DNA of 64,000 nt from Tubiluchus corallicola. Its lineage: Eukaryota > Animalia > Priapulida. The notes below the pieces were generated by a model that searched no databases, was not told the DNA's origin, and saw only the letters and a list, made by a program, of their open reading frames with translations. The DNA lies in contig JAQGDQ010000040.1 in the NCBI GenBank assembly GCA_030141605.1, forward strand, positions 744,001 through 808,000, read 5' to 3'. Position numbers and translations under genes: made by a program. Shown in pieces: positions 13,957 to 45,867 of this stretch. Position 1 is the stretch's first letter. Every line of letters begins with the position of its first letter.

Positions 13957-14629
13957 CTTTTACTCTTCTTTTAAGTTTTAACAATCTGTTTATCAATTCT
14001 TCTTTACTGTGCTCCAAAACGAAAAACGAATCTACGACGCCATGTTGCTTTTCAATATCGCTTCTGATTTCACGCCCGAAGTCTATCCATCTCTGTGAGT
14101 TACCAACAATCATTGCTGTGTATTTCCATTTGAAGATATACTGTAAAGTGTGGGCCAAAGCCCCCCCTGTTTGACTTTCAGTTGTTACGGTGCTTGCAAA
14201 AAAACCGTACAAGTCTTTGTTGAGCAACGAATCATGTTGACAACCCCAAGAAACCATGGGCTTCCGCCACTGTGTAGCCAGTCTCGCGGTCGGTTCACAC
14301 AAGTAGCGATTTACTGGTCCAATATAGGCATCCAGACTAGTGAGGTCCAGCTCGACGAACTCAGCTAAGCCATCAGAGAACGTGCAATGTATGTCATGCA
14401 AAGTGTCCTCCAAATCCCAGTGAGCGCCAAGCAATCCTGACTCCCTGATGTGCTCCACTGCTGTTGTAGTTGTCACCCTGGGCAAGGCATCAGTGAATAT
14501 GGATTTAGGACATTTTTCCGGCGCTAAGACACTGATCCTATAAGACCTAAACCCGTTCTTGCAAACGGTTGGGTCAAAAAATACCACAAGAAAGAATCCT
14601 ATTAGGTGCTTTAGTCCAAGCGCCGACAT
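13957..14629 (-). CDS. Large first coding exon (variant A) of an NPR / receptor guanylyl cyclase-like gene: signal peptide plus N-terminal ANF_receptor ligand-binding domain
   Basis: MSALGLKHLIGFFLVVFF signal peptide; motifs LDAYIGP..YLCEPTARLATQWRKPMVSWGC and FKWKYTAMI; ends RRVK G|gtaagc (phase 1 donor). Paralogous to 8056..8713. Confidence 0.85.
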
Positions 14630-15989
14630 GATATTCTCATTCCGCGAAAACTGACCGGATTACTTTAGCGTTATCATTTGCAACAATCACGTGATGTACT
14701 GTGACAAAAAAAGATTAAGGAAGCCAGACTCAGATGTTCTAGAAACAAAGACGCATGACGCAAACAAGTCTGTCAAAGGCCTGTCTTTCTTATTGCTAAA
14801 AAGCTTTTACAACTCTGTTTTGTGTTGCTGCAACTCGCAGTAATTGAACAAAATAAAATTGTTCTGGTTCACGATTTGTGATGTATTTTATTATGCTATT
14901 ATTGCATGAAATTTTACTGTAACTTTGTTCAGCACTCGGGATCGCATCTTTATAGTCGCAAGAATGTAACTTCACGTAACTTTGCTCTTGCATACGGTAT
15001 CACTGCGCATAGTCTGCAATATTAGACATAGAAATACTCATTATTAGCAACAAACAATTCCACACTAGCGCGCGGATCTGAATGTATTTGCACCTCACTA
15101 GAATGAATGTGAATGTGATAATAAATCTTGCAAAAATTCTGTAACTTATTCCGTTATCACAACAGAATCCGTAGATATGCGCCACCTAGGACGTTATTAA
15201 AGATGAGTAACATGTGCAACAAGTTGATTAATACACTTGGGGAAGCCAATTTACTAGCTACTAATCTAGCTTTGTAATCCGCAATACATACTTCATTAAT
15301 TGTAATGGCCAAGGTTTTACGCCAACTAATAATCGCCTTCCAGCACCTGAGACATTTAGCATTGATAAAACAGCTACGAAATCCGTAAACATAGGTAAAA
15401 ATTCTAATTTTACTAAACGTGTTGCATGTATATATGCATACAATATACATTACATAAGATCTTTGCAGTATACAATACACAATATGTACGCGCATTTTTT
15501 TTATTCGTGTAAGTATCATTACGAACATCAGTGCCACAAATAAGCTAATTATTACATTTATGACTACATGTATTTACTATCATTTACTTATCATTTAGTA
15601 ATCATCATTTACTATAAACGTAACTAGGCAAAATGGCACTCTGCGATTATTAAGCCAATTCTAGATTGCAACCATCAACGATAATAATAGAATGCACCAG
15701 TAGCGCACGCGCGACGTAACGCATGCAGTGGCTTTACTTTTTTTGGCTCTCATGATATGATACCAGTTATGACAGTAAACCATTTGTTGCACAATGTGTA
15801 TATACATATATGCGCTATAGACTTTAAGCTTAACCCATCCAGAGTATTTAGTAAATATAACCACAAAATTTTCATACGAATAATCCTTATTTAGGCTTTT
15901 GAACAACGAATAAAGATAAGTCGATGATTTTCGACAACTGTAAATAACAACCAACAACTACTCATGTGAAAAAGTTTATTTTTATCCAC

Positions 15990-16131
15990 TGTTGCCTTAA
16001 ATACCAAGCGCCAGGCAGGGCAACAGTAGGTACCATTTTTAAAATTTTTGGTTTCGTTAAAGCCCTCCGGCAGCATCATGGAACCACATCTTCCCCAAAT
16101 GGAAAGCAAACGCGTTATCCATTACGCTATA
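15990..16131 (-). mobile_element. tRNA-derived SINE with a Meta-like central domain
   Basis: Minus strand: atagcgtaatggataacgcg (A-box-like head), then aaccaaaaattttaaaaatggtacctactgttgccctgcctggcgcttggtatttaagg, resembling the MetaSINE domain as recalled. Confidence 0.55.
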
Positions 16132-17553
16132 CCGTACCGTCAGGTCTTGGTGGGGAATTTTATAACTTCATTTTGGTGTTTTTTTTCCAATGTATGCTCT
16201 TCTCAAGTGGAGAATGTCTCTTGGACTCATTACCATGTCATCATTGTCTGCTAATCACGCACGGAAGTGGCAGGTAGTGACAAATTTTTGTATTTTTGGA
16301 AAAGTAAACACGAACTTGAAGCCAGGCATTCTACAAGGGGGAATCTAGCATTCAGTAGTTGTGGTGGAACCAGTATATGAATCAGCAGAGATGCAGTAGA
16401 ACGCCACATTTTTTCAAAAATAATATTATAATAGGCAACCAAAAAATGTTGACCGTCTAAGTTGCGTTATCGATTTTTGTCTTTAATATTTAGTCGGCCA
16501 ACAAAATTCGTGGCCATCTAACTTTTGTTAACAGTTTTCCGACTTATTTGTAAAGGTACAAAAACGTATTTTGGTTCAGCGGTGAAGTTGTAAAACAATG
16601 GCTTCAACTCTGCTGATAAAAATGGTGTGTATGGCATCTGTATGACAACACATAGGAATCCCAAGCGATTAAAAAATATTTCTAGAAATTTTGAAACGTC
16701 TTAGTCTCTCGGTTTTGTTCTTTCAGCAAAACAAAATTAAGTAAGTAAAATCGCAATTATAGCATTTCAATATCGAATCTCATTTGTACATGATCGATCA
16801 CTAGATGACGCAGTGCTTAAACAACTTTAATTCAGGATAGCCTCTTCCTACCTCGGATAATAAAAAAACGATTTGATATTGATTATTACTTGAAACTACG
16901 TAATCATGATGGAATCTTTTCAGAAACTTTTCGCGTGAAAAACGAGCGGTGGCTGCAGACAGCGACTCCATTCATGCTGTCATATTACAGCATTACAGCA
17001 ACGATGAGCGTAATTAGACTACTTTATCATTGGATATGTGATCACTAATTCGTTATTACGCCTCAGATTGTCGGTATAGTTAAAGCCCCCGTGTGATTAG
17101 TCATCAGCATCGGTAAAGAAATTCCGTTCACAGATTTTAATCCTACAACTAAGAATTACTCTATAGAAGTCTGAAGAAAGAAATATTTGCGCACATGTAA
17201 ATGGCTTCGTTTGCCCGTTTGCCCTAAAGATTGTGTAAATTTTGAAGACGAGTAAAAAGTAAAAAAGCAAAATAATATTATATGAAGCCATAAAATGCAA
17301 ATATTACATTAAGAGTGCAATTAGTAGCGATAGAGTAATCTGATCTGATGATTATTGGAGCTTAAAATTTCAAATAATCTGAATCGACTAATTTCATTTT
17401 AGTCACCATGTTAATAAATTACGTACATCAGCGTAACTCTTATTCCTAGTTATTCATTTGCAATGAGAATTTTGCACTTAATGAAATGCAAATAGCAATT
17501 AGTGCACAAGCAGTGATTAGATCGCAATTAGCAATCAGTGAGAAATAACCGTT

Positions 17554-18169
17554 ACACAGTTGGATAAAATGTGTGAAATCTAGATCTTTCTTTTATTCTT
17601 TCTAGTTGTTACATGTTTCAATTTTGTTTCTGAAATTTTCCATGACGGCCTTGTTTTCCTTCCAACCAGTATGTGACCTTTCCCAAAGACCTGGTGAGAA
17701 ATAGCAATCAGAAATAGAATTGACGTATAATTTTAAACTGTTTCGTGACTTGATCCTAGGCAAGTCAAAGAGCAGATTTTTAAATTGTCATGAATCCGCT
17801 CTATTTGTTATAGTTAGAGGAATCACGATATTAACTAATTACTCGAATGGAATATTATTAGTTAATCGATACACACGCAGTTGGATAAACTGTATGTAAG
17901 CTAGAACTTTCTTTTGTTGTAATATTCGTAGTTGTCGAGTTAAGATGTTTAATTTTGTTTCAGAAATCTTCCATGACGGCTTAAACGTCGGCTTTGTTTA
18001 CCCCCCCCCCCCCCCGCCCCCCCAACCTCTATCTCAGGCTATCCCAAACACCTGGTGAGAAATAGCAATCAGAAATAGAATTAGCAGATTAATTTCTAAA
18101 ATTTTAAACTCGTTCGTTAGACGAATCACGATATTAAATAATAACGCGAATTGAATATTATTAGTTAAT
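17554..18169 (+). repeat. Diverged tandem duplication (2 x about 300 bp)
   Basis: Shared blocks cagttggataaa, ttccatgacggc, cctggtgagaaatagcaatcagaaatagaatt, gaatcacgatattaa and gaatattattagttaat occur twice in the same order. Confidence 0.85.
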
Positions 18170-20908
18170 TGGTTGTTTTATGCAAGTTTTCTTATGCAAG
18201 TGAGCAAATGGCGTTTGTGAGGTGTGTTGCTAGATTTTGCAGGCCTGTACGTAGAAGGGTTGCACACAGACACGCGCCAAGTAGGTTTCGTCTAGTGGCA
18301 GGCGCTTTTGTCCGTTCTGATTTTTTTATCTTAAACCTTACGCCATGACTTAATGCGAACAATAGGAATGTTTACTAATGTGAACCTAATAAGACTGCTC
18401 AGTAAGAGTTTTAGAATGGCGTTAGAAATAGATTAATTCTAACTATAACTAACTCGTTATCATTATAAAATATTGAGCTTAGTTAAATCTATTAAATTGT
18501 CAATTCTTTTGTAATTTTAATTTAAAACGAATTTATTCTTGAAGTCTAGTTCTCCTATATCTAAGAAGACATGACGGTAATTTTTATGGGCAAATTAAAG
18601 TTATCCAGTTTCTCATGAGATCACTACAGAACGTGGACCTGTAATCAGCTTCCAACCTCTCATAAACATCGTCTCTGTCTACGTTGTATCACAACACAAT
18701 CAACCAAAAATGCATTTTCTGCGTTGGCTAGAGCTGCTAACTTGCAATTTTAACATAAAACAAAATTAGACTAAATGTTTATGAAGAAACAAAGCCACCG
18801 CTATGTTTTACATTATGTTACTGATTGTTGCTATCTGATACCCTGCTAATGAGTCATAAAATCACTTAGCTGTACCGGTTTTTATCGACATATGAGTTGT
18901 AAGCATATTTGAGAACTTTGCTATACCAATATTCAAAACATTGTAAAAAATTAAGACCTGCACGACTTGACTATAAAGCTTGTAAACTCCGAGATTGAAT
19001 CATGGTTATCAGTATGCCAGGTATCAACTTCTCAGATTAGTCTAGAGCCCAGAAAGTGACGACAGATGGACAGGCAAATGAAACCTATAATTCTATAGCT
19101 ACCCACTTCGTCGGGGTAATTATAATTACGTCAAACCAAATGCAGTTTCAGGCATCATTTTATTGTGGTTCTTGTGCGAGCGGCCCATTCAACTCAGTGT
19201 AATGGTAAATATGCCACTAGGTAATTAATGCACGTAATTATTTCTGTTTAGCATAAAAATCTCAGGCCTACATTCAGTGCATCTGCACTTCAGATACATC
19301 GTACACAAATAAGCCTAATAATTATAGAGACCATACAATATGTGTTTAAAACGTGAAGCGGGAAATAATTAATAAGCAACATTTTAATTAAGCTCTCTGG
19401 AGATATCACTGTTAAAGAAATATTTATTTTTATTAGCACTTCAATGAAATGTAAATTACCCAAAATACAAAATGAATTTAGCAAACACAGTGTAATCCAA
19501 ATACTCAATCACGTGTAAAAACATTAGGCCTTAAAAGTTTTGCAATTAGCTATTGCAACGCATGCTAATAAAAACTTATTTAACCATAATTCCTACTGTA
19601 TTAGTTCTAAAAAAGTTGTGCATTACACTAATAAGAGAATAATTAATTAAGCTCTACACAAATTACTAAACGTGTCACCATGATCACAAGAAAATCCTTT
19701 AAAGCATGCCTGCAAGCCAATACAGAGGTAAAAGAAAAATAACATTCCTTGAAACTAAACATCAATCATATGTGCTAAATATAATCTAGGTCAAATTAAA
19801 CAAAATTGTACATTTGTGTACAAATAATTATTAAAAATAATTAAACTGAACATAAATAACTTACTAACTACAGTTAACTAAATTCTTAAAACAAACAAAT
19901 AAATGCAAATTCTCTGATGCATAAACTACAAAATTTCTGTAGTTTTTAGATAGATTTAGATTTAATAACAATATAACTTATTATAACTCTTTCATATAAT
20001 GTATTATAGAAACAAAACAATGCAATGTTAACCAGTTTTACCTTTACTAAGTCAGTAAGTGAGCAACTTGAAGAATAAGATATTATACTTATAAATGCAA
20101 AAATTAAATGAAACTCGACTCTTTAGACCAGCAGTTCTACACTGTTATAACCATTAACAAGCTTACTGCATAAATATTACACAACCGGCTAAAATGACTG
20201 AAAAATTACACTATTTCACACGATTATAAAAAGACAAATCATTTATCAAGCTGCTCATTGTTCTGATTGAATATTTCTTAGTAGTGTAAAAATTAAAAAG
20301 TTAGGTGGGGTAAATTCTTTAACCGCAGCCTTGCAAAGAAAACATCGATGCATGTACAGTAGGTATAATATCAGTGACTTGATTTTGGAATGCAAAAAAT
20401 AAATGCCTTTGTATAAAACAAAGAGTAACCTTAAACTTCAGCCAAATTAAAGCAACTTTGCAAGTATCTAATCAAGTTTCACTTGCATTAAAAGAATACT
20501 GTATCTGTTATCACAATCTTTATTTGCTAGCGGTAAGTAAAAAAATTCAAAACTTTAGTAAAATATATTACGTAAATTACTCCATTCTAACAACAAAGAA
20601 AACTCAGTACAGCAAGTTACTAATGCTACAAAAAGTAAAGCATCTTCCCTAATAAACTGTTTTTATGTAGTACATTTTAAAAATCCAAGCAGTTGCAAGT
20701 AGCTACTTCACTTCAAACACACACACACATCAAAACATCAATCTTAATTTCTTATCGTCAACCACAATTTTGCACAATACCAATCTACAATGAGCTACAG
20801 TATATTTACTGTATAATAAAAAGACAGACAGGAAAAAATGTTTCCAACCGCACACAGGACTTGAATATCGCATGTGCGCAATATGGCAGTCAGGAACTTG
20901 CAACAGAT

Positions 20909-40415
<19,507 letters not shown>

Positions 40416-41133
40416 GACACCAAAACACCGTATAGCTACGATGGCCTATAATCCACCCGGCACCTTGAATACATAGTGTAATACACCGCCAAAACACAGA
40501 TAAACTTAGTAAACACCGAGCACGAATTCACTATTCAAAACAGCAGCACAACAGCTGAGGGCTATAGCTAGCCTAAAAGCAATATAGGGATTCATTTGTG
40601 AATTCAATTCACATCGCGTTTGATAACTGTTCCATCACGAATGAATCTTATGTAGTCTCATCTACTTTCACAAAAGACCTCTAATATTTGTTATTTTTTA
40701 TTCAAACATTCACATCCATTTCCAATACACACAAAATTAATCGGAAGACTAATTACCGTTTTTATAATTAAAATGATGCTGTCTAGTGTTTTACTGTGCT
40801 GTAGTGTGGTGTGGTTTAGCGCTACATTGAGCTGCTCACACTATTTTGCATTACAATCACAATCACATTCACATTCTCTATGATATTATTCTGATGCTTT
40901 GAGTGTGTTAATTCTGGTGCAGTAAACTGCAGTTGTGTTGCATCAAACTATGTTTAGTTATGTTGAATTTCGTTATTATATTATAATGTCACGCAGTTTA
41001 TGTAAGTAACAGTTTAGCATAGCTGAAATGTAATGGTACTGTTTGTTACAACCATGTTCGCTGCCCTTTCTCAATTCTATTTGAATTTTCTTTGTTTTGA
41101 TTCACATTGTGTTGTACAACTTAAGGAGATGAA

Positions 41134-41648
41134 TAAATCAATGGTTCATCTTATATTGGATTATGGTGATCTGATTTGGAGCCCAAATCGTCAAGACATG
41201 ATAAGGAAAATTGAAAGTATACAATGTCGAGCTCCTAGACTTGTACCTGCTATTTTTCATTTACCATATGTTGCACGACTTGAGATTCTGGGCCTTACAA
41301 CTCTGAAGTACAGACGCAAAAGACAAGATTTAATCCAAGGTATAGAAACCATCAACAGCGATATATTTTTCCATCAACAGACATATCATGGTATCAGAGG
41401 TCACTTCCGCAAATTCAAGAAGAGAACAGTTCCCCAAAGGTGCAGTAGAAGGAGATTCCCATTTGCAAGGCGAGTAATTAATGAGTTCAACATGCTGCCT
41501 GACACTGTAGTTCAAGCCTCCAATCCTGCCCAGTTTAAGTCTCGTCTCAATAGACACTGGAAACGCAATCCTGAAAAATATATAGACCCCAGGTTGCCAC
41601 AATGGCGTTACTGTTACCGTCGAAGGATAGAGGTTAAGCATAAATAGC
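41134..41648 (+). mobile_element. CR1/L2-group LINE 3' fragment (RT C-terminus), copy 1
   Basis: KSMVHLILDYGDLIWSP...IESIQCRAPRLVP...LPY..RL..LGLTTL.YRR.R.DLI...RGH..K...RVINEFNMLP, typical of a CR1-type ORF2 end. Confidence 0.88.
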
Positions 41649-41752
41649 TTATGAACCTCTCCACTCTTCCTTGTTTACTTTATCAATATAAAAAACAAAA
41701 CATAATAGGTGGCCACACTGGGATCATGAAGCGTAGCACAGGGTTTCTTGTT

Positions 41753-42512
41753 GCCATTGTGGCAACCTGGGGTCTATATATTTTTCAGCATTGTTTTTCC
41801 AATATCTATTGAGACGAGACTTAAACTGGGTTGGACTGGATGCTTGAACTACATGGTCAGGCAGCGTGTTCCACTCATTAATTGCTCGCCTTGCAATTGT
41901 GAATCTTCTTCTACTCCACCTTTGGGGAACTGTTCTCTTCTTGATTTTGTAGGAGTGACCTCTGGTACCATGATATGTCCCATCGAAGGAAAAATATTTC
42001 ACTGTTGATGGTTTCTATATCTTTAAGAATACGAAATGCTTGGATTAAATCTTGTCTTTTGCGTCTGTATTTCAGAGTTGTAAGGCCCAGAATCCTAAGT
42101 CTTGCAACATATGGTAAATGAGAAATGGCAGGTACAAGTCTAGTAGCTCGACGTTGTATACTTCCAATTTTCCTTATCATGTCTTGACGATTTGGGCGCC
42201 AAATCACATCACCATAATCCAAAATAGGATGAACCATTGATTTATATAGCTTGGTCACTATAGATCTGTCAAGGTAAGAGAAACTACGTTTGATCAATGT
42301 CAGTCTTCCATGTGCTTTATTGACAACGTTGTTTATATGTGATTGAAAATTAAGCACACTGTCAATGGTGATATCTTTTTCTTCTGTGATGCTTATAATT
42401 TCTTTAGAACCTTGTCCATGTGCCATTTTATATGTACGACCTGCAGTACCATGCCTTCCAACAGTAAGGAGCTTATGCTTAACCTCTATCATTCGACGGT
42501 AACGGTGACAGC
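41753..42512 (-). mobile_element. CR1/L2-group LINE 3' fragment, copy 2 (frameshifted), inverted relative to copy 1
   Basis: ORFs 41911..42546 and 41724..42002: EEKD...IDSVLNFQSHINNVVNKAHGRL.LIKRSFSYLD...TRGHSYKI...WNTLP; highly similar to copy 1. Confidence 0.88.
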
Positions 42513-43833
42513 ATATATGTGTGGAGAATACAAAGTTCTCCAACAACTACAGCTTTTTATCAAGTGGAGCTACTTTCCGCTTTGCTCCCCTTCAACTTCT
42601 GGATTTTGTTATCAAGACCGATGTCGCAATCATGACTAATGCCTAACTTAGTCGACTTTCAAGTTCAACATTATTACCTGCAGAAGGCGTCGTTGCGCGC
42701 TGTAGAAAATATTCGGACGTTTTTAGCTGCTGAAAAATTATTATTCGACTTACCGAGTTTCAAAGTTTTCTACAGTGAACTACTAATACTAATTTGAACT
42801 AGAAACAGGGGTAAGGCAGATTCTTTGCGTGAATGTTGCTAGCTTTAAGGTTAAATTAACGCTATTCATGTTATTGAAGTTCAGTTTTGGCCGCTTTAGT
42901 GCAATAATTATAACAAGCCGGTAACACTAACAACGTTACGTCAGCATCTTTCGTAGCAGAATAATAAATATTAATATGGATAGGTAAATTGTCTGGTACC
43001 CTGTTGCAATTCAGATTCGCTTAATTTCAGACGAATATAAGCGTTTTCTCTCTCACTCTCTTCCTTCTCTCAACAGTACAAAAGTAGTCAACATGTCAGT
43101 GAAGTCTGTACTATAATCGTTACTTTTGGATCCAACATGAAATAAAGAATTCCTTTTCTTGGTTATGATGTTGTTGTCATTCCTATCTTTGAAGGCTATC
43201 ACAGACCACTGTTTTCATTGTTGGCACATGAAATTTTCCATGACGGTTCTACAGTCAATTCCACAGACTTATACTTGAGCACGATTTTTCACTTTCCCAA
43301 GACAGCTTTCAAATATGCCTGCTAATGGGATCTGATCCTATACATTGTTACATAATTATGGTTTCCTTTATTCTAATGTATAAATGGGTCACCTTAACAA
43401 TGCGTATTCTAAATTTTTACAAAAAAACTGATTTAACTGAAAATGTTTCTTGTGATTTTCTCTAGGTATGGAAAACATTTACTTGCAAATCAAGTAGGAA
43501 GTGCCATATTCACGCACATTAGTGTTTTCATTCTACTTTCTAACACATGTAATTGAAGCCTGTGCTATGTCTTTGTTCTTTTCCAATGAATTACTCAACA
43601 CTTGTGTGCAATTTGAATATTGTCAGCTCCTGCTCCTCCTATACAGCTCTGTTAAAAATGCATTACTGATTTCTTTGTACTCCGTTTCGAGCCAAGGCTA
43701 GCAGGGTTGCAAAATGACCCTTTGACCCAGAAGGCTATAAACATAATTTAACCGCATATTTGTCGAAACATTTAAGAATGCCGAGACAGTAATTATTGGT
43801 TTACTAATATATTCCAGATATTATATATTCCAG

Positions 43834-43835
<2 letters not shown>

Positions 43836-43890
<55 letters not shown>

Positions 43891-43892
43891 AT
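43836..43892. repeat. (AT)n/(ATGT)n microsatellite
   Basis: Directly visible. Confidence 0.92.
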
Positions 43893-43895
43893 CAA

Positions 43896-44041
43896 TGATT
43901 ATCAATATTTTAAAGGCAAATAAAGATTAACTGTTTATTATAAAAGGCATATATTATTATATTTATTAAAGATTACATATATTATAATATAATAATATAA
44001 ACAGCTAATCTTTATTTGCCTTTAAAATACATTGATAATCA
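43896..44041. repeat. Inverted repeat with about 43-bp arms and an AT-rich spacer
   Basis: tgattatcaatattttaaaggcaaataaagattaactgtttat / ataaacagctaatctttatttgcctttaaaatacattgataatca. Confidence 0.85.
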
Positions 44042-45809
44042 CTATAACGTATTCACTGTTCATACTATAATCACTGTAACCTATAACACAGTAATAACTA
44101 TAACCTGTTAACTATAACATCAATGGCTGTTCTTGAATTTTAAAATTTCTTTTGCATGCAGCCTAAAATTTCTTATAAGGTCTTCACTAAGTACCTATTC
44201 TTGAAACGGTTAGGTATATAAAAATTCTAATTTTAGTTGGAAAATGTTATAACTGAATTTTTCAAGCATCCTTAAAGCAGTGCTGAAGGCTTTTTTAATG
44301 TTAAGCTCAAATCACAGTTTTGTCCTCAACTACTTCAATATGCGAAAGTTTAGTACCAAGCTACGGCATGCGAAAGTTTTAGCACGATGTCATTGGTGTC
44401 TCTCACTGAGCTGTTTCATCATTGCAGCATGCTTGAAATTCACAGCATGTGCCATTTTCTGCTTGTGAAATGACACTTATAAAAAAAATGCTTCACTGTC
44501 ACGTGTCGGCACTAACTATAATTCTTAGTATTATTTCAAAACATGCTTGAAAATTGCAGTAAAACTGTAGTCACTAATGCTGAAACGTAGTTCTCGTGAA
44601 ATTTTAGCCAGAATAGGTTAGGGTACCTGTGGTTACTGCATTAGCCCAGAAAGTTGTCACTAGCAGCTAATTCAAGACTTGAAAGAAAAACGCTTAATGC
44701 TACTGTATTTGCTAGTGACTAGAATGCAAGTATAACGAAACTTATGAAGTCTAAGAAATACAGTATGCAGCGCATGTTGATGTATGGCATATTGGCAAGA
44801 GTTTGCAAAAAATTGCATCGAATTTTTCAGAAAAGAGATGAGCGTGTGCTTCAGCTATGATAAAAAATATTTGCAATCACTTTTGATTCATCGACATAAA
44901 ATGGTAATGCTGATGATATAGTGAAACGCTTCCAGTCTGTTCTCCAACACTATATTAATAAGCGTGCCTGCTATGATGAAACTTTGACTGACCAACATTG
45001 TGATCATAAAGGGCTGACAGCGAAGAACAGAAAGAGAAATTTGGTTTCATGCAAAGAGCAAGTGTTGTGAAAAGCTTTCAAGGGTACTGAGTGCTGAAAG
45101 ATACTCAATTTACTAAAGTGATTAGGTTATTGCATTTTTTATTCATTTGTCTGTTCTTGAAATGATTCATAATGTTTTACTAACGTGTGCACCAAAGAGC
45201 CTTTACTTCCTGTTTCCCCCAGAAAACATGGTAATGAGAAATTGGCTAGCTAGTGACAATGTCAACATGGGCTGTGCTTTCCTTCCAGGAAAACGTTTGG
45301 CAAGTAAAGTGTTTGCATTTTGCACACAGTTTTATAAGATGTCATGCAGTTTGAAAACAAGAAAGTTAAAAAATAAGCTAGTTTAATAAAAAAATTTGAT
45401 TACCTCCCTGCTTAACATATTACAAGATTATTTTTGACCTTACGTAATGTGCAATTTTTATAATTCAGCTGAAAACTTCTGATACAGTAGCATTTTGTTT
45501 ATGTTTTGCTTCATAAGCGCATGTATTGTTAAAAGCACTAGAGATACCAATGATGGCATTCGAAAACTAAAACGGCTTAATTTTGCCTGTACAAAACTTT
45601 TTTTCTGTATTTAAATATGACATAGTTATCATCTATGTCTAAGCTGCATTTTCAGCCCCAATCATATTTCGCCTTCAGTGCTGCTTTAATGACAGAGGTG
45701 TGCAAATATAGACTGCATGCATTTAAGTACACACAAGCAGTTTTATATTTATAAACTCTCTTTAACTGATGAAAGTGCTTACTTTGCAGTTTTTAAAGCA
45801 CAATCAAGA

Positions 45810-45867
45810 ATGAATCCATCTGGACCACAAGCTCCACAAATGGCAGGTAGTTTTGGAGGACAATTTC
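45810..45867 (+). CDS. PLSCR: Scramblase first coding exon
   Basis: MNPSGPQAPQMAGSFGGQF, donor gtaagt; phase 1 matches the next exon. Confidence 0.7.

Noticed and set aside
17097-17140. NFFTDADD, resembling the scramblase FTDADNF motif
   Set aside because: Wrong strand and location, followed at once by a stop, with non-homologous flanks; probably chance.
44909-44935. ctgatga-tatagt-gaaac minimal hammerhead-like core
   Set aside because: No stem II pair and no stem III or NUH site.
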